In this document: positions 19,444 through 29,700 of the stretch, one piece after another
Position numbering within the stretch: position 1 is the first letter of the stretch
How the letters are laid out: each line of letters begins with the position of its first letter
Assembly: GCA_045863335.1 (NCBI GenBank)
Contig: BTVY01000040.1
Location: 1-64,000 of the forward strand
Source of the DNA: Candidatus Hydrogenedentota bacterium
GTDB taxonomy: Bacteria > Hydrogenedentota > Hydrogenedentia > Hydrogenedentales > SLHB01
Direction of reading: 5' to 3'
DNA: 64,000 nt
Program-made: the position numbers and the translations under genes
The notes under the pieces: generated by a model
The model's input: only the letters and a program-made list of their open reading frames with translations
Databases searched by the model: none
Told to the model about the DNA's origin: nothing

Positions 19444-20949
19444 GTGAGCGAGTCACTAATACAACGCCAGACCAATCGCTGGATCGCGCTGTTGCCGGCG
19501 CTGATTATCCTGCTTGGCATTGCACTCCGCACTGCGGAATATCTCCACAACAAGGCCATTTGGCTCGATGAGGCGCAACTCGCCGTCAGCATCGTGCAGC
19601 GCGGCTATGTCGAGCTTCTGAATCCTCTCGAATACAAACAAACCGCGCCGTACGCCTTTCTGGTCGCTGAGCGGTGGGCGGTTGACCAGTTCGGTCCGGG
19701 CGAGTACGCGCTGCGGTTGGCACCATGGCTTGCGTCCATCCTGGCGCTGCCGTTGCTGTGGGTATTTCTGAGGCGCTTTCTCCGTTTCGATGGCGCGGTC
19801 GTTGCGCTTGCGCTCTTCGCCTTGTCGCCCGGCGTCATTCGCTACGCTTCCGAAGTAAAACCCTATGCGCTGGATGTGGTCGTCACGATACTGCTCCTGG
19901 TACTCGCGCAGCGCTCCCTTTCCGCATTGAACAGCGGCACGTGGCTCCTTGCGCTTGCCATCGCTGGTGCGGTCGCGGTGTGGTGTTCGATCCCTGCGAT
20001 CTTCGTTCTGGCTGGAATCGGAGCGACGTTGGCCACCGAGGCAGCACTGGATCGGCGCGGGGGAAGGTTCGCCGCTACGGTCGTAGCCGGAATCCTGTGG
20101 CTACTGAGTTTCGGCACGTATTACCAGACGGTGATCCGGTACACCGGCGACGATGCCATCCTGCGCAGTTGGTGGACCGACACGTTCATGCCCCTTCCGC
20201 CGCGTTCGCTGACCGATCTGAACTGGTTCGTCCGCACCTTCTTCGATCTCTTCCGCGATCCCATCGGTACGTCCGCCATCGGCATGGGCGCTTTTTTGTT
20301 CCTGCTTGGCGTGCTGTCATTCCTGTTCCGCGACCGGCGCGCCTTGCTTCTGCTGCTCGCGCCCATGGCGTTCGCCTTGCTGGCGAGCGGGCTCCAGCGC
20401 TATCCATTTACCGGGCGGTTCCTGCTGTTTGCGACGCCCCTCGTACTGGTATTGATTGGCGAAGGATTTCAGCTGCTGCGCGCGCGTTCGCGGACCGCGC
20501 TGATCCCGGCACTCATTGCGGTCATCCTGTTTACCCAACCCGCAATCGCCGGCGTACGCACACTCGTGAAGTCCGATGTACCGCAAGGGGTGCGACCCGC
20601 CTACGCGCATTTGATGGAGCACTACCAGGAGGGCGATAGGGTCTACGTCTACCACTGGGCGATTGCGCCGCTCCGCTATTGCATGCTGCGTGACGGCGTC
20701 GACTTCCCGTTTGTCGCCGGGATTACCGCTCGCGCGGATTGGCAGTATTACATCCGGGACATGGAAGCGCTGTACGGCAACGAGCGCATTTGGTTAATAT
20801 TCGTCAACACACCAAAGCCCCTGGTGGGCGAGGAAGAAAAATTCTTCACGACCTGGCTGGACACTCAGGGCGAACGCCTCGACACCCTTCGCGCTCCTGA
20901 ATCCAGCGTCTATCTCTACGACTTGTCCGCCGCGAAGACCTCGTCTTAG
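19444..20949 (+). CDS. GT-C fold membrane glycosyltransferase (GT39/PMT_2-like)
   Basis: WLDEA motif after TM1, EYALRL, YASEVKPY, many TM helices. Confidence 0.8.
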   Translation: MSESLIQRQTNRWIALLPALIILLGIALRTAEYLHNKAIWLDEAQLAVSIVQRGYVELLNPLEYKQTAPYAFLVAERWAVDQFGPGEYALRLAPWLASILALPLLWVFLRRFLRFDGAVVALALFALSPGVIRYASEVKPYALDVVVTILLLVLAQRSLSALNSGTWLLALAIAGAVAVWCSIPAIFVLAGIGATLATEAALDRRGGRFAATVVAGILWLLSFGTYYQTVIRYTGDDAILRSWWTDTFMPLPPRSLTDLNWFVRTFFDLFRDPIGTSAIGMGAFLFLLGVLSFLFRDRRALLLLLAPMAFALLASGLQRYPFTGRFLLFATPLVLVLIGEGFQLLRARSRTALIPALIAVILFTQPAIAGVRTLVKSDVPQGVRPAYAHLMEHYQEGDRVYVYHWAIAPLRYCMLRDGVDFPFVAGITARADWQYYIRDMEALYGNERIWLIFVNTPKPLVGEEEKFFTTWLDTQGERLDTLRAPESSVYLYDLSAAKTSS

Positions 20950-20973
20950 GAGGGGCGGGTTTTCCAACCCGCC
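20947..20973. repeat. REP-like palindrome, family A
   Basis: TAGGAGGGGCGGGTTTTCCAACCCGCC; its TAG is the stop codon of the upstream gene. Confidence 0.7.
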
Positions 20974-21042
20974 GCGCCGATGAAGTCGCTCTTTGAAGTG
21001 AACTTGCCTCGTCGCCGTCCGCTGCGGCATGCTGCGGGTCCC

Positions 21043-22674
21043 ATGACGCCCGAAGAAACTGCCATCGCCTATCACGAGGCGACGAAACACCATTTTCACC
21101 GCTCTGCGCGCTCACTGGGGTATATGGATTGGGCGAATCAACCCGATCCCTTCCGCCGGTATCCCGGTGCGCCGCTGGTTCGATTGCCGTTGCACGACGC
21201 CGACAACACGCCGCCGTATGAGTCCCTTTACACGTATGGCTCCCCGCCACGCGCCGTAACCGCTGAATCGATGGGCCTGTTCTTCGAATGCAGCCTGGCG
21301 ATTTCGGCGTGGAAAGAGTTTCAGGGGAACCGTTGGGCGTTGCGCTGCAATCCATCGAGCGGAAACCTGCATCCTACGGAAGGCTATCTTGTCGCGGGAC
21401 CAGTGGACGGTCTCTCCGGCCGGCCGGCCGTCTATCACTACGCGCCGAAGGAACACGCGCTCGAGCAGCGTACAACATTTGAGGCGACGGTTTGGGAGGA
21501 CTTGCGCGGCGACTTTCCGGCACAAGCATTCTTCGCGGGCCTTGCGTCCATTCACTGGCGCGAAGCGTGGAAGTACGGCGAACGCGCTTACCGCTACGGT
21601 CAGCACGACGTGGGGCATGCGCTGGCGGCGCTGAGGCTGGCGGCGTCGATGCTGGGTTGGAATGCGGTCCTGCTGGACGCGCTCGCGGACAAGACCATCG
21701 CGCGGCTCCTGGGTGTGGACCGCGACGACGGATATCACGAAATGGAGCGCGAGTCTCCCGATGCAATTCTCGCGGTGTTTCCCGCGAACACGGCGGCGCC
21801 TTTCATCGACGTTCCGTCATTCACGCACGCTGTCGATCGGATCGCCCAGGGCGTATGGCTCGGAAAGGCCAACCGTCTAAGCCAAGACCACGTTGATTGG
21901 AAGATCATCCGCGGCGTGGAGGAGGTCTGCGAAAAACCGGAATCCGATCCCGTTCAAGTCAAGGTTGTGGCAGTGCCCGATCGAACAGGCGAACACCCCT
22001 GTGGCCATTCGGCGCTTCGCATCATCCAACAACGTCGTAGCGCCGTCGCCATGGATGGCGTTACAAGCATTGGTCGCGACACGTTCTATCGCATGCTGCA
22101 CCGCGTTGTCCCCACGTGCACTGCTGTGCCGTGGGACGCGATGCCGGGGCGGCCGTATGTTCATCTCGGGATATTCGTGCATCGCGTTGAGGGGATTGCG
22201 CCGGGTCTCTACGCCTTGGTACGGGATCCTGCGTCGTTGAGTTCCCTTAAAGCAGCCATGAACGCCGGGTTCTCTTGGGTCAAACCCCAGGATTGCCCGC
22301 CAGGCCTCCCCCTGTATTTCCTGGAAAAAGCCGACTACCGCCAGGTTGCCATGGCGGTGAGCTGCGGACAGGATATCGCGAGCGAAAGCGCCTTCAGCCT
22401 TGGCATGATTGCAGAATTTGAGCCGGTGATACGCGAATGCGGCGCCTGGATGTATCGCCGCCTCTTCTGGGAAACCGGCCTGATCGGGCAGGTGCTCTAC
22501 CTGGAAGCAGAAGCGGCGGGGATCCGCGCAACGGGAATTGGGTGTTTCTTCGACGACCCCGTTCATGAAGTGTTCGGGATGACCGGGAGCGCGTTTCAGT
22601 CCCTCTACCATTTCACGGTCGGTGGACCCGTCGACGACCTCCGTTTGACCAGCCTGCCCGCGTATTCTCGCTAG
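21043..22674 (+). CDS. SagB/ThcOx-family double-domain nitroreductase
   Basis: YHEATKH, LRCNPSSGNLHPTE, WREAWKYGERAYRY, IQQRRSA, GIGCFFDD. Confidence 0.87.
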   Translation: MTPEETAIAYHEATKHHFHRSARSLGYMDWANQPDPFRRYPGAPLVRLPLHDADNTPPYESLYTYGSPPRAVTAESMGLFFECSLAISAWKEFQGNRWALRCNPSSGNLHPTEGYLVAGPVDGLSGRPAVYHYAPKEHALEQRTTFEATVWEDLRGDFPAQAFFAGLASIHWREAWKYGERAYRYGQHDVGHALAALRLAASMLGWNAVLLDALADKTIARLLGVDRDDGYHEMERESPDAILAVFPANTAAPFIDVPSFTHAVDRIAQGVWLGKANRLSQDHVDWKIIRGVEEVCEKPESDPVQVKVVAVPDRTGEHPCGHSALRIIQQRRSAVAMDGVTSIGRDTFYRMLHRVVPTCTAVPWDAMPGRPYVHLGIFVHRVEGIAPGLYALVRDPASLSSLKAAMNAGFSWVKPQDCPPGLPLYFLEKADYRQVAMAVSCGQDIASESAFSLGMIAEFEPVIRECGAWMYRRLFWETGLIGQVLYLEAEAAGIRATGIGCFFDDPVHEVFGMTGSAFQSLYHFTVGGPVDDLRLTSLPAYSR

Positions 22675-22743
22675 TCGCCAACGCCTCATGTGCTAGAATC
22701 GCGCGGGCGTAAACAAGAATTCTTGGTGAGGGGAGATCCGAAC

Positions 22744-23802
22744 ATGCGAACGAAGTGGTGTGCCAGTGTGCTTCTTGCGATGGTGCTGGCCTGCGCGGCG
22801 GCGACGGCGCAGGAGGAACCGCGACCATTAATCGCGGGCAAGGAATTCGTCTACGTGTGCCGCGATGCGGGCGCCGGCGCGTATGAAGCGTTTCCCGATG
22901 TGTGCCGGCTGGCGGATGGGCGGCTGTTCGCCGTGTTCTACGCGGGCTACGGACATGTGGCGTTGCCGAATGAGAACCTGCCGCGCGGTGGACGCGTCAG
23001 CGGATGTTATTCCTCGGATGAAGGCAAAACCTGGACTGATGCTCAGGTCGTGTTTGACGGACCCGACGACGACCGCGATCCCTCCGTGACGCAGCTCAGC
23101 GACGGCCGTTTGCTTTGCGTCTTCTTCACTTTGCGGCCCAAGGGCGGAGGCTATCGCGGTATCGGGACCTGGATGGTGGAGTCAACCGACGCAGGGCAGA
23201 CCTGGACCGGATTGCGGCCCGTCAGCCCGTACTACGCGAGCACACCGGTACGCGAACTCGCCGATGGACGGCTCATTCTGGGCCTCTATCAGGAGACAGG
23301 GGACGACGCCTTCGGTGCGGTAGCCATCTCAATGGACAAGGGCGCCACGTGGAGTCCGCCAGTGGACATCCCCAACGGCGGACTGCGCCTCGATGCGGAA
23401 ACTGACGTCATCGCGCTGAAGGACGGCCGCCTCTACGCCGCACAGCGCACGGAGAAGGAGAGCATGCGGTTCTCGACGTCGTCCGACGGTGGCCAGACCT
23501 GGGCAGTTTCCGAGCCGATGGGGTTCCCCGGCCACTGCCCTTACCTGTACCGTTCGCCGGAAGACATCATCGTGGTGGCGCACCGGCTGCCAAACACGAG
23601 CATTCACTATTCCTTGGACGAATGCGCGACGTGGAGTGAAAACGTGCAGGTGGATTCGGTGGGCGGCGCCTATCCCAGCATGGTGACCCTGAACGACGGC
23701 TCCACCCTGATTGTCTATTACGAAGAAGGGGAAGGCTCGAGCATCCGCGCGCGCAAGTTTCGCGCGACGCCGAACGGCATTGAATGGCTGGAGTGGGAAT
23801 AA
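22744..23802 (+). CDS. Secreted sialidase-like BNR/Asp-box protein
   Basis: Signal peptide; Asp-boxes SSDEGKTW, STDAGQTW, SMDKGATW, SSDGGQTW, SLDECATW; AYPS. Confidence 0.85.
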   Translation: MRTKWCASVLLAMVLACAAATAQEEPRPLIAGKEFVYVCRDAGAGAYEAFPDVCRLADGRLFAVFYAGYGHVALPNENLPRGGRVSGCYSSDEGKTWTDAQVVFDGPDDDRDPSVTQLSDGRLLCVFFTLRPKGGGYRGIGTWMVESTDAGQTWTGLRPVSPYYASTPVRELADGRLILGLYQETGDDAFGAVAISMDKGATWSPPVDIPNGGLRLDAETDVIALKDGRLYAAQRTEKESMRFSTSSDGGQTWAVSEPMGFPGHCPYLYRSPEDIIVVAHRLPNTSIHYSLDECATWSENVQVDSVGGAYPSMVTLNDGSTLIVYYEEGEGSSIRARKFRATPNGIEWLEWE

Positions 23803-23805
23803 GCG

Positions 23806-24864
23806 GTGACTGCGGACAAGAGTAAGCCACGCACGCGGGTCATCAACGCCATGGCGCCCATCCGGGTCTGCGATCTCGGCGGCTGGACGGATACCTGGTT
23901 TGCGGAAACGGGCGCGGTGTTCAACATCGGCGTGTACCCTTACGCGGAAGTGCAAGTTGCCGTCTCGGAGGACGGTTTGCAGGACAAGCGAATCGTCATC
24001 AACGCGGAGAACTTCGGCGACCGGTATACCCTCGCGCCCGGTCACATCACGTACGATCGCCATCCCCTCATCGAAGCGTCCATCGACATCATGGAACTGC
24101 CGGAGTCGCTTTGTTTCGAAGTCGACCTGTATTCAACCGCGCCGGCCGGCGCATCGACCGGTACGTCGGCCGCCGTTACCGTCGCGCTGTTGGGCGCGCT
24201 CGATCTCTTGACGCCGGGCCGTCGCACGCCCCACGAGATCGCGTCGCTGGCGCACCGGGTGGAGACTGAGAAACTGAAACTGCAGTGCGGCATTCAGGAC
24301 CAATTGTGCTCGGCCTATGGCGGCGTGTGCTTCATCGAGATGTTCGACTATCCCCACGCCTCCGTCTCGCAGATTGCGGTTTCCAACGACCTCTGGTGGG
24401 AACTCGAACGGCGGCTCGTCCTGGTTTACCTGGGCCATTCCCATTCGTCCAGCGATGTGCACGGACAGGTTATCCATCGGCTCGAACAGGAAAACGCCGA
24501 CAAGTCCGCCTTGGCGCCCTTGCGGGCCGCGGCCCACGCCGGGAAGAACGCCCTTTTCGCCGGAGACTTCGATGCCCTCGGGCAATGCATGATTGCCAAC
24601 ACGGAAGGCCAGGCGGCATTGCATCCGGCACTCGTGTCGGTGGATGCCCGCGCGGTGATCGATCTCGCGAAGAAACACCATGCCGTGGGTTGGAAGGTAA
24701 ACGGCGCGGGCGGGGAGGGCGGTTCGCTGACCATTCTCTGCGACGCCGATGCCGAGCACAAGCGGGCCTTCCTCGCTGCCCTGCCGGAGCTGAATCCGCG
24801 CTACCAAGTCATCCCCACGTATTTGTCGCGCACGGGTTTGCGCCGGTGGGAAGTAAGGCACTGA
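23806..24864 (+). CDS. GHMP kinase (HddA/heptose-7-phosphate kinase-like)
   Basis: APIRVCDLGGWTD, PAGASTGTSAA, GIQDQ, KVNGAGGEGG. Confidence 0.87.
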   Translation: MTADKSKPRTRVINAMAPIRVCDLGGWTDTWFAETGAVFNIGVYPYAEVQVAVSEDGLQDKRIVINAENFGDRYTLAPGHITYDRHPLIEASIDIMELPESLCFEVDLYSTAPAGASTGTSAAVTVALLGALDLLTPGRRTPHEIASLAHRVETEKLKLQCGIQDQLCSAYGGVCFIEMFDYPHASVSQIAVSNDLWWELERRLVLVYLGHSHSSSDVHGQVIHRLEQENADKSALAPLRAAAHAGKNALFAGDFDALGQCMIANTEGQAALHPALVSVDARAVIDLAKKHHAVGWKVNGAGGEGGSLTILCDADAEHKRAFLAALPELNPRYQVIPTYLSRTGLRRWEVRH

Positions 24865-24944
24865 CTCCACAGCACCGCACGATGCAAGAATGGCCTCCGT
24901 CCGCATGGCAGACGAAGGCCATTTGATTGGCAACTACGATCGTG

Positions 24945-25124
24945 CTACTGCGCAGCTTCTTCGGCAGCTTCCTTGAGGGCTTCGGCGGTATCTTCCATGG
25001 AATCGCCCGCCTCTTCCGCAGCGTCTTCTACCGCGTCAGCAGGACCTTCGGATTTGGGCTCACAGCCGACTCCCAATACACTCGCGGACACGATACCCAG
25101 AACAAGCAGCAGTCTCTTAATCAT
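24945..25124 (-). CDS. Small acidic lipoprotein (59 aa)
   Basis: RBS GAAAGGAG; signal MIKRLLLVLGIVSASVLGVG-C lipobox; Ala/Glu-rich tail. Confidence 0.7.
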   Translation of the reverse strand: MIKRLLLVLGIVSASVLGVGCEPKSEGPADAVEDAAEEAGDSMEDTAEALKEAAEEAAQ

Positions 25125-25291
25125 TCTACCTCTCCTTTCATGGGTCACCTGGGTGACTTCAAAACTCGGGTGAACGGACAAGACAATGGTAAGGCGGACG
25201 CACGGCAAGAATCCGCCGCCCCACACGCGCCTTTACTATACACGGTATTTGAAAAGAAATCTCCCCATGGCAGACTTCGCAGGCTCTCGCC

Positions 25292-26707
25292 TCAGGTTCC
25301 CATTTCCAGCAGGGTCCGCGCAATCTTGCCAATGGCCACGACAAAGGCCGCCGTGCGGAGGTCCGCCACCTCCTTCCGGCTGAGGTACACGTCGCGAATC
25401 TCGTTGTATGCCCTCCGCATGGTGTCGTCCAACCCGGAACGCACCAGGTCCACCTCGTCCGCGCCGTGTGTGATGCGCGCCTTCAGATGGGGCGGCGCAG
25501 ACGTGCCGGTCATTTCCTCGATGAGCTGAATGATGTGTTCTCCGCGCATGGCTTCCAATCGGTTTTCGATGCGTCCCAAGCGGATGTGCTGGAGGTTTTT
25601 GATCCACTCGAAGTAGGAGACCGTGACCCCGCCCGCGTTCAGGTACAGGTCCGGGATAACAAAGATCCCGTTCCTGCGCAAGATCTCGTCGCCCTTGTAC
25701 GTCACGGGACCGTTCGCCGCCTCGGCCACAACCCGCGCACGGATGCGTCCCGCGTTCTCGGCCGTAATCTGATTCTCCATGGCCGCGGGGATCAACACGT
25801 CGCACTCCATTTCAAGGATGGAGCGCCCTTCAACGACATGCTTGCCGGCGCTACAACCTTTGAGGCCGCCGGTTTCGCGCAAATGCTGGTAGACCGCTTC
25901 TACGTCCACGCCTTCGTCGTTGAGAAGGGCGCCGTCGCGCTCCACGATGGCGACGATGCGTGCGTCGTCCTCTTCGTGGAGGAACTTCGCAGCGTGGTAA
26001 CCGACGTTTCCGAGACCCTGGACGACGATTCGCTTCCCGGCGAGGTGCCCCTCCAAACCGGCGCGCTTCAGATCTTCAGGGTTCCGGAAAAACTCCCGCA
26101 ACCCGTATTGCACGCCGCGGCCCGTGGCTTCGAGCCGGCCGGCGATGCCGCCCTGGGTAACCGGTTTACCCGTGACGCAGGCGATGGCGTTGATGTCATG
26201 GGGATGGAGCCGCCGGTAGGTGTCGGCAATCCAGGCCATCTCGCGCGGGCCCGTGCCCATGTCCGGCGCCGGTACGTTCAGGCTCGGGCTGACGTAGCCT
26301 TTCTTCGTCAACTCCTCGGCAAACCGGCGCGTGATCCGTTCCAGCTCGCGTTCGTCGTACTCCTTGGGGTTGATGCACAACGCGCCCTTGGAACCCCCAA
26401 ATGGCACATCCACCAACGCGCACTTGTACGACATGAGAGCCGCCAGCGCCTCCACCTCGGCCTGGTCGGCGTGAGGCGCATAGCGAATGCCGCCTTTGGC
26501 GGGCAGGCGGTGTTCGCTGTGGACCGCGCGCCAACCGGTGAAGACTCGAAACCCGTTGCGAAATCCGATGGGGAAGCGCACTTGATAGACGTTGTTGCAC
26601 GTCTTGATCTGTTCGCCCAAACCCGGCGGAAGATCCATCGTTGCGACCGCGCGGTCGTACATGAGGTTGACGTTCTCAAGAAAGGACAGCTCGTTGCCGG
26701 CAGCCAT
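25292..26707 (-). CDS. gdhA: Glutamate dehydrogenase (Glu/Leu/Phe/Val DH family)
   Basis: PAKGGIRY, VPFGGSKG, VPAPDMGT, QGLGNVG, EAANGP, NAGGVTVSYFEW. Confidence 0.95.
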   Translation of the reverse strand: MAAGNELSFLENVNLMYDRAVATMDLPPGLGEQIKTCNNVYQVRFPIGFRNGFRVFTGWRAVHSEHRLPAKGGIRYAPHADQAEVEALAALMSYKCALVDVPFGGSKGALCINPKEYDERELERITRRFAEELTKKGYVSPSLNVPAPDMGTGPREMAWIADTYRRLHPHDINAIACVTGKPVTQGGIAGRLEATGRGVQYGLREFFRNPEDLKRAGLEGHLAGKRIVVQGLGNVGYHAAKFLHEEDDARIVAIVERDGALLNDEGVDVEAVYQHLRETGGLKGCSAGKHVVEGRSILEMECDVLIPAAMENQITAENAGRIRARVVAEAANGPVTYKGDEILRRNGIFVIPDLYLNAGGVTVSYFEWIKNLQHIRLGRIENRLEAMRGEHIIQLIEEMTGTSAPPHLKARITHGADEVDLVRSGLDDTMRRAYNEIRDVYLSRKEVADLRTAAFVVAIGKIARTLLEMGT

Positions 26708-26762
26708 CGACCCTCCAGCTTTGATGATTGCGATTGTGCCCGCGCGTCACCGCGAAAGGGAA

Positions 26763-29700
26763 CTATCCCTTCCCGCCTGCGATCAGCCTCCGCAGCTCCA
26801 CCGGCAGGTCCAGCGCCGCCCGGGCGTCTCCTTGTTTTATCCTCGCCACCGTGTCCGCCATGGTCAACACGAGCGTCGCCTCCGCGTCGTCATCGAATAT
26901 CCCGCGAAGCGTGTGGAGGCGCCGTTCGGTGCCGCGGATATCCATCTCGCTCACGCCTAGCTGCCGTTGCGTCCAAAGAATCAACCCGTGCAACAAGGAA
27001 GTGCGGTCCCGCCCGAAAATCGCGGCGGCCACCTGGACAGTGGCTTCCGTTCCCGTCATCCGCTCGAACAGTCCCGCAGCCAGTATCGCGCGCTCGGCCT
27101 GTGCCGGCTCGGTAGCGGTCACTGCCGCTTCCACCGCGCGGAAAAGTTCGCCTTCCACGCCGGCCTGACTCAGGAACAGCGCCCGCATCACCAGTGCGCG
27201 CGAGTGTCCGGGGCGAATGACCAGGGCGTCATCGCAAGCGGCCACGGCTTCCTCAAGTTGCCCGAGCCGCTCCAGCAGCGCTGCCTTCGCGACTCGCGCG
27301 GTCGCAGCAACGAATCGCAGGTTTCCGTGGACGGCGCGCCGGTATTGTTCGCTGACCAGATCGAGCGCCGCCATGGCTTCCGCGAACCGGTTTAGCCGTT
27401 CTAACGCGGCCGCGCGATTGAGCAGGGCGGCCGCAATCATCTCGGGCAACTGCACCGGGTTGCATTGCTGCACAACCTCGTCAAACGCGGTCGCGGCATC
27501 GTCGAACCGGGCCAGCTTCAGGTACGCAACGCCCTGATTGATCCGGGTCATCGCGAGGCACTCTCGAACCGCCGGGGTATCCGGCAGGCCGGTCAAGCGC
27601 AACACGGATTCGGCGGCCGCCGCGGCACCGTCGTACCGCCCTAGCATGAGCAACGCGTACACGCGCATCGCATGAGCCATCATCTGATTGGTGGCCGTCA
27701 TTTTCGCCGCGGCGGAGGATCGAAGCCAATCATCCAGCGCTGCCAGTCCGTCGTAGTTGCGATCTTGCGCGAACAGTCCCCCAGCTCGGAAGATCATGGC
27801 GAACCCGGTCTCCGTCTCCTCTCCGAGCGCGCAGATTTGCCGTTCCATTTCGGAATTCCGGAGCTCCGGGCTGCCGAGCGAAAGCTGGCGCGATGCGATT
27901 CGCTCACACCGCTTCTCCACCTGCTGGCCGGCATCCGGAACGAGCGCTACGACTGCCGCAGGGCTGTCGTCGGATGCGCCCATCGCGAAGGTGACGTCCA
28001 CCAGGCTCTCGAATCGAAACGCTTCCACGAACGGAAACCCGCGATCCTCGGACCGGCCCAGGCGGTCGACCTCGCACCAGCGGCGCGTTACACGCACCAG
28101 CAGCGGTAGCGCGGTGTCGCGGCCGTGCTTGAAATCCAGGACAAAGCGAATCAAGGGATCGCTGAGTTCATAGCAGATCTCGCGCCCGACTTGGGTACGA
28201 ACGAGAAACCCCGCGCGGAACAACTCCTGGAGCTGGCGAGAAACCGCCTGGGGCGTGAGAAACATATACCGGGCGAGTTCCGTCACGTTGACGGCCCGCC
28301 CTTGATGCTCCGCGAGGGCCTGCAAAATCTTGTATTGCTGCGGCGGCCGGTCGCCGATGCGGCGCTCGTAGGCGGGCGCAAGATCGCCGCGGGTCATCTG
28401 CAACACGGGCTCGACCAACGCGCTCAACCCTTTGACGGAAAGACACCGATCTAGCGAGGCGAGGACTCGGCAGTTTCCTCCGCTCAAGGTGTGGATGGTT
28501 TGTACCACGCCGGTCCGCTGCGGTTCGCGTAAGGCGGCGGCCAAGCCGCGATCTCCCCGTGCCGTCGCCAGGGAACACAGCAGATCGCGCGACGACTCCG
28601 CGGCCAACGCCGGCATGACGCAAGACCGAAAACGCTCGCGGAGCCAGCCGTGGAATCGCCCGGTGTCCAGCGGTTCCGATCCCGTGGTGCCCAGGAGAAT
28701 CACGGAAGGGTGCCTATCGAGAAACAACCGCAGGCTCTCAAGGGCGGCCTTGTTCCAGTTGCGAAGTAGCGTGCCCAGTCCTTCCAGGGCCACCACCGTG
28801 CACTGATTGCCAAAGCGTTCGCGGAACGCAGCCATCAATTCGTCAAAGCGATTCTCCGGTGCCGCCGCATCCAGCCGCGCCCGCAGCCTCTCGTTGGCGC
28901 TGTTCTCGGCTTGCATGCACGCGAGCAGTAGATCGAAGGGCGAATCCGCCACCTGTTCGGACCCCGTGAGATAGATAATCTTGCGGGGACGGCCGCTCAG
29001 GCCGAGCCCTTTTGCAAACCCCTTGGCCAGAACGGCAAGCGTATGGCTCTTGCCGCTACCTGCCGGACCCGCCAGAATGATGTGGTGCGGCGCGCCGGAC
29101 TGAACGCCCCGGGCTAGGGCCGTGCGCACGTCCATGACGACCTTCCGGTGCGGTGCGCTCAAGGTAGCTTCGAGCCAGTCGAACGACCGATTTGCCGGGT
29201 CAAGCGGATCGCCGGTTCCGCGTTCGGCCAAGGGCCCCGCGACAATCGAACGGTTCTCTGGATCGTTCAGCGGCTCGCCGGTCAAACGGTGTCGCACCAA
29301 CGCGGATTCGTCCGCGACCGCGTCCAGGGAAAAGGGAAACAGCGTCGCAAAGCCTCGATTGGCCAGATGGTCAGACGCGCTGCCAAGCGCCGGAGCCGAA
29401 TCCGGCTCCGGTTGGACCAAGTCTTCCGGGCCGAATAGCGAGATGTGTTCTTCCAACGTTCCCGGCTCGGCCCGATCGTCTTCTTCCAAGTCGCGGGTCG
29501 AGGGGATCTCGCTGACCCGGTCTGGCGACCACGGGGATTCCGCGAATCGTGCCATCCAATCCACGGTATTGCGAATCGCCGACGGGACGCTCTTGCATGC
29601 TTCCGCGACCGCCCCGGCTACAGCATGGATGTCGGTGCAGGGCACCTGTTCGCCCAGCAACAAGCAGCCGGCGAGGTATCGCGCGTCCGCAGGCGACAAT

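Noticed and set aside
21043-22674. SagB-like gene as part of a RiPP/azole cluster
   Set aside because: No YcaO, precursor peptide or dedicated transporter nearby; stand-alone members of this family are common.
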